Program-made: the position numbers and the translations under genes
Assembly (NCBI GenBank): GCA_038870975.1
Contig: JAVZJD010000001.1
Coordinates: forward strand, 640,001 to 704,000
Reading direction: 5' to 3'
DNA from: Candidatus Bathyarchaeia archaeon
Lineage (GTDB): Archaea; Thermoproteota; CALKCG01; B24
DNA: 64,000 nt
Shown here: positions 20,038-28,905 of the stretch, piece by piece
How the letters are laid out: each line of letters begins with the position of its first letter
Position numbering within the stretch: position 1 is the first letter of the stretch
Notes under the pieces: generated by a model
What the model was told of the DNA's origin: nothing
The model's input: only the letters and a program-made list of their open reading frames with translations
Database searches by the model: none

Positions 20038-21555
20038 ATGGGTTCTGAAACATTAAAGGATGCCGTTCGGATGATCGTAGCACGCGGTTTACAAATAGAG
20101 CCTAAGGCTTTAGAGAGGCTTAGTAAACTTGACCAAGATATGCTACATACAACTGTAAGCAGGATTCTAAATAAAGCCGTGGAGAGAGGAGAGTTTATTA
20201 TAACCCTTAGAGACGTTGAAGAATTTTGCCAAATAAAGAGAGAACAGGTAGAAGTATCCGTCGCCGTTAAGCATGTGCCAGCTAAAGAAGTGGAGCCTAA
20301 ACTTGAAGTTTTATTCGACCCTACGGATAAGATCCACGGCGGTGATAGCGTAGACGACTTCTATAAGTATTTTAAAAGTAGATTTAAGAAGCTCGAGAAA
20401 ATACTTCGGAGAAGAATCGACGCTGGAGGTAGTAGTACAATATCCAACGTGTTGAAAGCTAGTCTAAAAAGTCATGTGAAATTCATAGGGATGGTAACTG
20501 AAAAAGTTAAACGAAAAGGGTTTAGAATGCAACTTGAAGATCTTGAATCTTCAATAACAGTCATAATCTCCGAAAACTCGGATAGAAAATTGATAGAAAA
20601 AGCGCTCATGGTCTTACAGGATCAAGTTATCTGTGTATCTGGTATTAAGGTGGCAGATGACGTCGTTTTAGCAGATGATATCATATTTCCGGATATTCCA
20701 GATCATAAAGCTAGAAGAAGCGATGAAGAGATTTATGCTGTCTTAACATCAGATATTCACATTGGAAGTAAGCTTTTCATGGAAAAATGCTTCGAGAAGT
20801 TTCTAAGATGGTTAAATGGCTTAGAAGGGTCTGAGCCTTTTAGAGAATTGGCAAGTAAAGTTAAATATCTTCTAGTATGTGGAGATTTAGTCGATGGTGT
20901 AGGAGTTTACCCAGGTCAAGATAGAGAACTAGCCGTAGATTCCCTAACGCAACAATATAGACTTGCCGCAGAGTATTTTGCTAAGATTCCAGAGTATATA
21001 GAGACAGTAGTCATACCTGGGAATCATGACGCCTCTAGGCAAGCGCTTCCCCAACCTGCAATTTTCAGGAAATATTCAGAACCTCTCTATAATTTAAATA
21101 ATGTCAGAATGTTTGGGAATCCATGTTGGATATCTGTCCATGGCGTGGATGTACTCATGTATCACGGTAGAAGTCTAGATGATATTATAGCCTATATACC
21201 AGGGCTAACATTCCAAGAGCCAGATAAAGCTATGGAGATTTTACTTAAAGCAAGACATTTAACTCCTATATATGGGTTGAGGACTGCTATAGCCCCTGAA
21301 GCTGAAGACTATCTCGTAATTGAAAGAGAGCCGACCATCTTCCATTCAGGACACATACACTTCGCGAAACACAGATTTTATAGAGGAAGTTTAATCGTTA
21401 ACTCCGGTGCTTGGCAGAATCAAACAGAGTATCAGAAGAGGAATGGTTTAAAACCGTTACCAGGCGTTGTTCCAATTGTGAATTTAAAAACCCTCCAAGT
21501 AATCTACCTCGACTTTAGAGGGGCTAGCTTAGAAGCAAAGGCGGAAGCCCTTTAG
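20038..21555 (+). CDS. DNA polymerase D small (proofreading) subunit DP1
   Basis: OB fold plus SDIHIGS, GDLVDGVGVYPGQ, PGNHD, YHGRS and HSGHIH. Confidence 0.95.
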   Translation: MGSETLKDAVRMIVARGLQIEPKALERLSKLDQDMLHTTVSRILNKAVERGEFIITLRDVEEFCQIKREQVEVSVAVKHVPAKEVEPKLEVLFDPTDKIHGGDSVDDFYKYFKSRFKKLEKILRRRIDAGGSSTISNVLKASLKSHVKFIGMVTEKVKRKGFRMQLEDLESSITVIISENSDRKLIEKALMVLQDQVICVSGIKVADDVVLADDIIFPDIPDHKARRSDEEIYAVLTSDIHIGSKLFMEKCFEKFLRWLNGLEGSEPFRELASKVKYLLVCGDLVDGVGVYPGQDRELAVDSLTQQYRLAAEYFAKIPEYIETVVIPGNHDASRQALPQPAIFRKYSEPLYNLNNVRMFGNPCWISVHGVDVLMYHGRSLDDIIAYIPGLTFQEPDKAMEILLKARHLTPIYGLRTAIAPEAEDYLVIEREPTIFHSGHIHFAKHRFYRGSLIVNSGAWQNQTEYQKRNGLKPLPGVVPIVNLKTLQVIYLDFRGASLEAKAEAL

Positions 21556-22078
21556 CGATAATTTTTGCGACTCTCAGCGGTTCCGGCATTTTTCCCAAAA
21601 GCGTAGTTTCTCTTAACAATTTAGCCGCTTCATCTAAAGTTAAGCCTTGCACAGCTACAATTAGTTTTACGCAACCCAAGGAGAGTTCCACTGGGGTAGT
21701 TTTCTCTAGTATTCGGAGACGCTCTTGCCAATCTAAAAACCTCATCCTTAAAGCTTTCTTAACACGTTGAATATCTGGCTTACGGTCAAGAATACATAAA
21801 ACCGGATAGGATGTTTCTTCATACAGTCTACATGCATCTATTAAATTGAAGCCCGCATATGGCACTCCATGGAGGAGGATTAAGTCTAATAAACCTGCTT
21901 TCGAAACGAATGTTAAAGCTTTATCGGTAGCATCTAGGCCATCGACTTTAACTGTATCTATGAAGAGCTTTTCCAGTAAAAAGCCATCCATAACAACACC
22001 TATGAGAAGAGCTTCACTTAGAAAATGTCTTCCGACAGTAAAACAGCCATCTTCTATCGCTAGAATCCTCCTACGCAT
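21524..22078 (-). CDS. DUF99 family protein (endonuclease V-like fold)
   Basis: LAIEDG, VDGLDAT, AGFN.ID and KMPEPLRVAKIIA. Confidence 0.85.
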   Translation of the reverse strand: MRRRILAIEDGCFTVGRHFLSEALLIGVVMDGFLLEKLFIDTVKVDGLDATDKALTFVSKAGLLDLILLHGVPYAGFNLIDACRLYEETSYPVLCILDRKPDIQRVKKALRMRFLDWQERLRILEKTTPVELSLGCVKLIVAVQGLTLDEAAKLLRETTLLGKMPEPLRVAKIIAKGLPPLLLS

Positions 22079-22161
22079 TCTTACATTGAAAAATACAACA
22101 AAACCAGTAGATAGCTTTTATCATCCATAATTGAACAATTATGGTGTAGAACTTCCATAAA

Positions 22162-23403
22162 CTATGTCGCTGGTGACTTAGGAGAATATTCCAAGATGAA
22201 ATTCAACCTTGGATCCCCAGATAAAAAGGCTTTCAATGTTTTTAACGGTACATTAAGCTTTATTTGTTTAGAGCGGCCATGCCTTCCAAGACTTACAACT
22301 TTAGCATTTATTATCCCTAATGCATCTAGCTCGGCTAATAATCCGCTTACTCTTCTCTGCGTCAGAGGTTCTAAACCAATTTCAGAGCAAAGTTCCGCGT
22401 ATATATCGTAGATGACGCCCGTCATAATACGATTCACAGATTCACGTTTTTTCAAAAGGAAAATGCTTGATAAGAGAAGCTTTGAATGAAGCGGTAGTGT
22501 TTTTAAAACTTCAAGCACTCTATCTTCTTCAATTTTACTCTGAGCGGCTCTAACATGTTCTTCAAGAACATTGTTGGCTCCTTCTCTTTCAGCTATTTCA
22601 GCTGAAACTCTTAAAAGGTCCAAAGCTCTTCTAGCATCCCCATGTTCAGATGCTGCTAGAGCAGCGCAGAGTCTTAAGGCAGCTTCAGTACAGGTATTGG
22701 GTTTGAGTGCAAGCTTAACTCTATCCTGTAGAATATCGAAAAGTTCATCGGCAGTATAGGGTCTGAAAACAAGCTCTTCTTCACTTAAACAACTTAAAAC
22801 TCTGGGGTCTAAGTAGTCTTTAAATTGAAGATCATTGGATATTCCTATTATTACAAGCTTGCCATATTCGGATTCTTCGTTTATTCTCGTGAGTTTGTAA
22901 AGTAATTCATCTCCATAGTTTTTAATAAGAATATCAACCTCATCAAGAACTATTATAAGAATGGTTCCTATCATCTTCAATCCATTCTTGAACCGTTTGA
23001 AAACCTCACTTGACGAAAGACCAGTGAAGGGAACGTTGACTCCAATACTCTCACATAAATGTGTTAAAATTCTATAATCAGAACCATCAGTCCTACAGTT
23101 TATATAACAAATTTTTAATGGATTATCAACTTCGACGCTCTTCTTCGAAAGATGTTTAAGAACATATCTGGCCACTGCTGTTTTACCAGTGCCAGGCTTT
23201 CCATAGATGAATATGTTTGAACATCTATTTCCTTTCAATGTCGGTGCAAGTATCATTCCAAGTCTAGCTATTTGATCCTCCCTATGGGGGAGAAAATCGG
23301 GAACGTAGTCATGTCTGAGACACTCTCTATTCTTGAAGATTGTAGATCCCTCAATATATCTGTCGAAGATGTTAGAAAGAGGAGAGTCCTCCAGACGTTC
23401 CAC
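22162..23403 (-). CDS. cdc6: Orc1/Cdc6 replication initiator
   Basis: GKPGTGKT, LDEVD, DPRVLS, HGDARRALDLL and a winged-helix C-terminus. Start adjusted to GTG 23403. Confidence 0.95.
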   Translation of the reverse strand: MERLEDSPLSNIFDRYIEGSTIFKNRECLRHDYVPDFLPHREDQIARLGMILAPTLKGNRCSNIFIYGKPGTGKTAVARYVLKHLSKKSVEVDNPLKICYINCRTDGSDYRILTHLCESIGVNVPFTGLSSSEVFKRFKNGLKMIGTILIIVLDEVDILIKNYGDELLYKLTRINEESEYGKLVIIGISNDLQFKDYLDPRVLSCLSEEELVFRPYTADELFDILQDRVKLALKPNTCTEAALRLCAALAASEHGDARRALDLLRVSAEIAEREGANNVLEEHVRAAQSKIEEDRVLEVLKTLPLHSKLLLSSIFLLKKRESVNRIMTGVIYDIYAELCSEIGLEPLTQRRVSGLLAELDALGIINAKVVSLGRHGRSKQIKLNVPLKTLKAFLSGDPRLNFILEYSPKSPAT

Positions 23404-23851
23404 CCTGATTTTAGGGGGTGTGGAATGTTGATAAAAACTTATCAGTAGAGGAGAATGTATCTTCAAGTTATTTAAATTAAACAGAGACCCCCACCCTAAC
23501 ACTTCCTTTCTAGGCTCTTATTCACAAGATGAGAAATATTGTGAACAATGTATAAACTAAATAGTTAAAATAGTTAAACTAGAAAACTTATATAAAGACC
23601 CCTTTCCTAATAAAAGGGGGAGGTTTTATCCAAAAATAAAATACTCAAGATATTCTATTAAACAACCTCTCCAGTTGAAATTAGGGGTCTGGGGAGGCTA
23701 TCTTATGAAAAGCTTCTCCTAGTTATTCACTTCTTCACTTCTAGTTAACTCCATGGGAAAAATGAACCCTTTCCTGTTAAAAAATAGATTTTTTACCCTC
23801 TTAATCATCTACTTTTCCTGTGAATAAGGAACCCCTTGATTTCTACTGGAG
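23398..23851. promoter_or_regulatory. Chromosomal replication origin (oriC) with inverted ORB elements
   Basis: ORB CTCCAGTTGAAATTAGGGGT at 23669-23688 (+) and CTCCAGTAGAAATCAAGGGGT at 23831-23851 (-) flank an AT-rich stretch next to cdc6. A further ORB-like box lies at 23398-23419. Confidence 0.88.
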
Positions 23852-24026
23852 TTTTTGAAGAAAAAATCTAGAAGCTTCTTTCTTTAAAGCTTCACTTTTG
23901 TGAAAATGTGAAGAAGAAAAAATTGAAAATTTTTATTCTTTTCAAAAAATAACGATTTTTTATGGTTTTTCTTTTCACATATTCTCTAGTAACTTTTTTA
24001 CTTCTATCCTGTGAATCTATTAGCAG

Positions 24027-24437
24027 ATGCCTAAGTCAAGGTTGAAGTTTGAAGCAGAAGATGAAACTGGTGGAAAATTAACTATAACTTTGGAAGGAGC
24101 GGTATCTAGAGATAAGATTCTTCAAATCTTAGACCTCATAGAACTTATGGGTGGATTGTCCAATAAAAGACAATCTACTGATGAATCCGAATCATCTACT
24201 AAGCTTGAGAGAATCAAGAAGATAATAATGGAGAAGTTCCCAGTAGGTTGGTTTTCATCTAGGGATATTCAAGCTGAATACGAGTCGCTGTTTAATGAGC
24301 AGATAAGGTTGAGCACGGTTTCTACCTATCTTCAAAGACTCCATAACAATGGCTTTCTTTTAAGATCTGGTTCTCGAGCTATGCGGAATTATAAACTTAA
24401 TAAAATGGCGCTATCCCGTGTTTCAGACTCTACTTAG
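24027..24437 (+). CDS. Winged-helix protein adjacent to oriC
   Basis: WFSS.DI...YE..F...I.LSTVSTYL.RL...G.L.R.G. Confidence 0.75.
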   Translation: MPKSRLKFEAEDETGGKLTITLEGAVSRDKILQILDLIELMGGLSNKRQSTDESESSTKLERIKKIIMEKFPVGWFSSRDIQAEYESLFNEQIRLSTVSTYLQRLHNNGFLLRSGSRAMRNYKLNKMALSRVSDST

Positions 24438-24446
24438 TTTAAATTT

Positions 24447-25046
24447 TTACTCTAAGATTTTCCCTGCTTCTACACCTAGAAAAGTCGTTATTAAGTCGAT
24501 CTTAGCTATTATCCCCTGGATTTTTCCGTTTTCAACAACTAAAACAGCGGGGGCTCCTCTTAAAAATATTTGAAGAACCTCATGAATAGGCGTATTTGGA
24601 GTTATTTCTGGAAAAGGCCCCTCCATAATATCTCGAATGGTCATCTTAAAGAATTTCTTAAAATCTTTCTCTCTCACCATGTGATGGATAATGGTTGACT
24701 CTTGAATAGCACCAATAGGGATATTGTTATCATCTACAACTGGAAGTTGAGAAATATCGTGTTTCTTCATAAGTCTAACAGCCACTTCAACGGGTTGTTT
24801 AGCGTTAATGCATATCACTGGTCTATGCATTATATGTCTTGCCACCTGCTCCTCTTTAACACTTGCGTTCTCTATAACATGCATTATTCTTTTAATCGTA
24901 GAGAGACGAGGATCAACATTACCTCTTTCAATCCTAGAAATTAGAGATTGGCTTAACCCCGCTTTTTCAGCAAGCTCTTTCTGAGTTAATCTAACGGCTT
25001 TTCTAAGTCGTCTGATAGTTTCTCCTGAAGGTATGCCATAAGACAT
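24447..25046 (-). CDS. XRE-HTH plus CBS-pair transcriptional regulator
   Basis: LTQKELAEKAGLSQSLISRIERG followed by two CBS domains. Confidence 0.9.
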   Translation of the reverse strand: MSYGIPSGETIRRLRKAVRLTQKELAEKAGLSQSLISRIERGNVDPRLSTIKRIMHVIENASVKEEQVARHIMHRPVICINAKQPVEVAVRLMKKHDISQLPVVDDNNIPIGAIQESTIIHHMVREKDFKKFFKMTIRDIMEGPFPEITPNTPIHEVLQIFLRGAPAVLVVENGKIQGIIAKIDLITTFLGVEAGKILE

Positions 25047-25206
25047 GAGGATCACAACTGAGTCCAACTTATATTTCATTAATAAGGGTAAAATAAAACT
25101 TGCCTATGCAGGAATTTTAGCTCCACCGTTTTTACTGGTTTTATTCGATGGAAAAAATGACGGGTGATATAAAGTTTGTTTAAAGAATGACATGATTGCA
25201 GGTCAA

Positions 25207-26172
25207 CTACCACCATGGTTTAACTTCTGGAGGTTCAACGGCAAGTAGAGGCTTAAGGTATGATATTGCCTGCTTTACACCAGCGTCTCTACTCATACAC
25301 GGATCTTCATGTTCAACTGAGAGGACGTAATTGTAGCCGACTTCTAGAAGAGCTGTTATTATACGTCGCCATGGCATTTCACCCCATCCAACTGTTCGAA
25401 ATCGAAAGCCTCTTGCAACTTTATTCCATGGCCCTACTGATAGTACCCCAGATGCTGAAGCGGTGTGAATAACCCTCTCAGAGTCTTTCGCATGGCAGTG
25501 AAATATCCGATCTTTCAACTCATATATGAATTGAACCGGGTCCATCCCTTGCCAAACTAAATGGCTCGGATCATAATTAAATCCAGCTGATGGATGGTTC
25601 CCCGATACTTCTAGGAGTTTCTTAGCAGTCTCCAAGTTGTAATTCATCTCTTGCGGATGGGTTTCGTAAGCTATCTTAATACCTTGGTCTCTAGCATGAT
25701 CTAATATTGGAAGCCATCTATCCTTAAATAGGCTCCAATAGCTCTCCCAAATTCTCTCATTTGCTGGTGGAAACACATACCACTTTGCCCAATCTGGGCA
25801 TCCGGTGAACGCATTGACCACAGGTACATCTAGGGCGGCTGCAGCTTCTATAGTCTTTATTAGCCTGGTTATTCCATATTTGACTTTTTCATCCGGTGTT
25901 CCTCTAAACCAATCGTCTGTGCTTTCATCTAAAGGACCCAGTATAAGTTGCCCTTCTAAGTGGTTACTTAAAGCAGAGATGACTAATCCATACTTTTCTA
26001 CAATCTTCTTATATTCAGATGCTCCGCCTTTCAGAACTTTCTCAACATCTATATGAGTGCTTCCTCGCCAAGCTGCTATCTCAACAGCCTCATAACCTAG
26101 TTCTGAGACAAACTTTAAGACTTCATCTATCGGCTTATCGTTATACAGTACGGTAAAAATTCCGATTTTCAT
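25207..26172 (-). CDS. Sugar phosphate isomerase/epimerase (AP endonuclease 2/IolE-like TIM barrel)
   Basis: ETHP, NYDPSHLVWQ, HCHAKD, FRTVGWG and SVEHED. Confidence 0.88.
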   Translation of the reverse strand: MKIGIFTVLYNDKPIDEVLKFVSELGYEAVEIAAWRGSTHIDVEKVLKGGASEYKKIVEKYGLVISALSNHLEGQLILGPLDESTDDWFRGTPDEKVKYGITRLIKTIEAAAALDVPVVNAFTGCPDWAKWYVFPPANERIWESYWSLFKDRWLPILDHARDQGIKIAYETHPQEMNYNLETAKKLLEVSGNHPSAGFNYDPSHLVWQGMDPVQFIYELKDRIFHCHAKDSERVIHTASASGVLSVGPWNKVARGFRFRTVGWGEMPWRRIITALLEVGYNYVLSVEHEDPCMSRDAGVKQAISYLKPLLAVEPPEVKPWW

Positions 26173-26274
26173 GTTTCTCCTATTAATTTCTAATCCTCAA
26201 AGGATTTTAAATTTATCCTATAGTAACTGCTAAGATTTAAATTGTTTTAAGCCTAACTTTTTAACGGTGTAACT

Positions 26275-27474
26275 ATGGGTGAAGAAGTGGGATTTGTTAC
26301 AATGGCCAAGGTTGAACGGAAAGTCGAGGAAATTAAAACCATCGGGATCGGTCTTCTTGGCTATGCTTTTATGGGTAAAGCTCACGCACATGCGTGGAAA
26401 TCTATTCCAACATACTACTGGCCTCCACCCGCCCTTCCTAGGCTCATAGCGATATGTGGAAGAACTGTAGATGCTCTTACTGAAGCCGCTAGGCGGTTTG
26501 GATTTGAAAAGTACTATACGGATTGGAATCTAATGATCAAAGACTCCAAGGTTGAAATTTTTGACAACTGCGGACCCAACAATATACATGCTGAACCATG
26601 TATAGCCGCCGCTGAAGCAGGTAAACACGTAATATGTGAAAAACCGCTCGGTAGGAATGCTGAAGAATCTAGAAAAATGTTTGAAGCAGTCCGAAAGGCT
26701 GGGGTCAAACACATGTGTGCCTACAACTACCGATTTGTACCAGCCGTTAGACTTGCTAAAAAACTTATAGAAGATGGTTTACTAGGTAGGATCTATCATT
26801 TTCGAGCACGCTATCTTCAGGAGTGGATTATGGATCCAAACTTTCCGTTGGTTTGGCGTTTAAGGAAAGACGTAGCTGGATCTGGTCCTCTGGGAGATTT
26901 AGGCTCTCATATAATAGATTTAGCCAGGTTCCTAGTGGGCGATATTAAAGCTGTGTCAGCCGTCACGAGGACATTTATAAAAGAAAGACCTCTACCTGAA
27001 GACCCGAGTAAAAAGGGCCTTGTAACAGTTGAAGATGCCTTCGCATCTGTGGTTGAGTTTGATAATGGTGCCATTGGAACACTTGAAGCCACTAGATTCG
27101 CAGGTGGTCGTAAAAACTATAATAGTTTTGAGATTAACGGTGAAAAAGCCTCCATAGAGTTTAACCTCGAACGTTTAAACGAGTTGAGAGTCTACTGGAG
27201 GGAAGAACCAGTCAGAGATATAATGGGTTGGCATGAGGTCCTTGTAACTGAAAGTTACCATCCATTTTACAGGTACTACTGGCCTCATGGACACATAGGT
27301 GGATGGGAGGATACTTTTAAGAACGAACTATACCACTTTCTAGACTGCGTAGTTAATGATAAGCCTGTAAACCCCTATGCCGCCACGTTTGAAGACGGTT
27401 GGAAAGTAGACGTCGTATGTGATGCTATTTTAAGCTCTGCTGAAACAGGTAAGCGTGTCTTAATCCAGTACTAA
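26275..27474 (+). CDS. Gfo/Idh/MocA oxidoreductase
   Basis: GYAFMGKAH, CEKPL and GPLGDLGSHIID. Confidence 0.9.
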   Translation: MGEEVGFVTMAKVERKVEEIKTIGIGLLGYAFMGKAHAHAWKSIPTYYWPPPALPRLIAICGRTVDALTEAARRFGFEKYYTDWNLMIKDSKVEIFDNCGPNNIHAEPCIAAAEAGKHVICEKPLGRNAEESRKMFEAVRKAGVKHMCAYNYRFVPAVRLAKKLIEDGLLGRIYHFRARYLQEWIMDPNFPLVWRLRKDVAGSGPLGDLGSHIIDLARFLVGDIKAVSAVTRTFIKERPLPEDPSKKGLVTVEDAFASVVEFDNGAIGTLEATRFAGGRKNYNSFEINGEKASIEFNLERLNELRVYWREEPVRDIMGWHEVLVTESYHPFYRYYWPHGHIGGWEDTFKNELYHFLDCVVNDKPVNPYAATFEDGWKVDVVCDAILSSAETGKRVLIQY

Positions 27475-27539
27475 ACCTTTTTCAAAATATCTCAAAAGCC
27501 GATTTAAGATTTTAAGCTAGTTCCCCTATTATTTTTCCT

Positions 27540-28469
27540 GTGGAAATTAGAAAAGTTCAATTTAGTTCAGGTTCTCTTTTCATATCGCTTCCTAAACCTT
27601 GGGCTTCACGTCATGGTTTAAAGAAAGGCTCTCCTCTCTTCATAGAAGAGAGGGAGGATGGGGCTTTAGTCCTCCACCCGGTTGAAAAGATTAAAAATAC
27701 GTCTAAAAGTGTTCTAATTGAAATTTCTCCGGATGTTGAGAAGAAAATTACGAGCCGTTATTGGCTTGGATATGATTCAATTATCGTAAAATCTCCAAGT
27801 GGTAGAATAACATTGTCAGATAGAGAGAAGATTAAAAACTTAGTGAGGAGGCTCATAGGATTAGAGATAGTTGACGAATCTATATCGTCAATAGAACTTC
27901 AATGTTTTATAGAACCCGCTTCAGTTCCACCGGTAAAGGTACTGCGTAGAGAGCACTTGCTTACTTTGGCAATGCTTAAAGACCTTAAAGATGGTTTAAC
28001 TGACCATAGTCTGCTTGAATCAATAATAATCAGAGACGATGAAGTTGATAAACTATACTTCCTACTTGTACGTATCTTGAGAATGGCCATTCAAAACCCT
28101 TCATTGAGCAATAGGCTAGAAATTTCTCCATTAGACTGCATGGATTATCGTCTTGTGGCTTTTTTCATAGAGTCTCTAGCTGACTGCATAGTTTCGATTT
28201 CTGAGAAGCTTTTAGACGAGCGGAATTTTAACGGTACGACTGTTGAAAACGTCAAGACGGTGCTAGAAATTTTAACAGACGTATACGTGAAATCTATGGA
28301 GGCTTTTCTAGCCAAAGATTTCAAAAAGGCAGAACTTGCTAGAGCGGGGAAAGAGCAGTTCAATAATCTTATATCTTCCATCAGCTTGGGGAAAATGGGC
28401 TTCCTAATCCCCGAGCTCACAAGAATATGCAATATTTCTATCGATATCGCTGATCTAGTGATTCCTTAA
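27540..28469 (+). CDS. AbrB-PhoU phosphate uptake regulator family
   Basis: RKVQ...GSLFISLPK.W AbrB domain; GLEIVDE and RDDEVDKLYFL. Confidence 0.88.
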   Translation: MEIRKVQFSSGSLFISLPKPWASRHGLKKGSPLFIEEREDGALVLHPVEKIKNTSKSVLIEISPDVEKKITSRYWLGYDSIIVKSPSGRITLSDREKIKNLVRRLIGLEIVDESISSIELQCFIEPASVPPVKVLRREHLLTLAMLKDLKDGLTDHSLLESIIIRDDEVDKLYFLLVRILRMAIQNPSLSNRLEISPLDCMDYRLVAFFIESLADCIVSISEKLLDERNFNGTTVENVKTVLEILTDVYVKSMEAFLAKDFKKAELARAGKEQFNNLISSISLGKMGFLIPELTRICNISIDIADLVIP

Positions 28470-28905
28470 CAATACCTAGGTATTCTCCACCGTCAATATC
28501 TATTTTTGAAAGCCCTCTAACGTATAAGACTGGTATTCTTAACTCCACCAATCGTCTCCTAAGGTTTAAATCGTTAGTAGCCACAGGAGTCTTCAATCTA
28601 CAAGCATACTGTTCTATTAGTGTATCTACTGGTTCTCCCCTGTCAATATCTACAATTTCCGCCTCAATTCTACTTAATAGTTGAATCGCAAGTCTAGCAT
28701 AATGGCTTCTCCTATCTGAGTCTGTGCTTAATCTAAGCATTTCCTCGTAGACTGGTTTTAAAACTACGAGCCTAACTCGTGAGTTCAACCTCTCTTCCAA
28801 CCTCTCAATAACGTCTATTCTTCTTCGGATGCATTCTAAAAGGAAGCTTGCATCTACAATCAGTTTGACGGTCAAGTTATTACACCGTATCCTATTAGTC
28901 TCCAC
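28438..28905 (-). CDS. PIN-domain protein (Fcf1/Utp24-like)
   Basis: IVDASFL, VD..I and VATND..LR; the usual neighbour of aIF2-gamma. Confidence 0.8.
   Translation of the reverse strand: METNRIRCNNLTVKLIVDASFLLECIRRRIDVIERLEERLNSRVRLVVLKPVYEEMLRLSTDSDRRSHYARLAIQLLSRIEAEIVDIDRGEPVDTLIEQYACRLKTPVATNDLNLRRRLVELRIPVLYVRGLSKIDIDGGEYLGIVKESLDQRYR

Noticed and set aside
23404-23502. N-terminal extension of Cdc6
   Set aside because: Not protein-like and overlaps promoter/ORB sequence; GTG 23403 is the likelier start.
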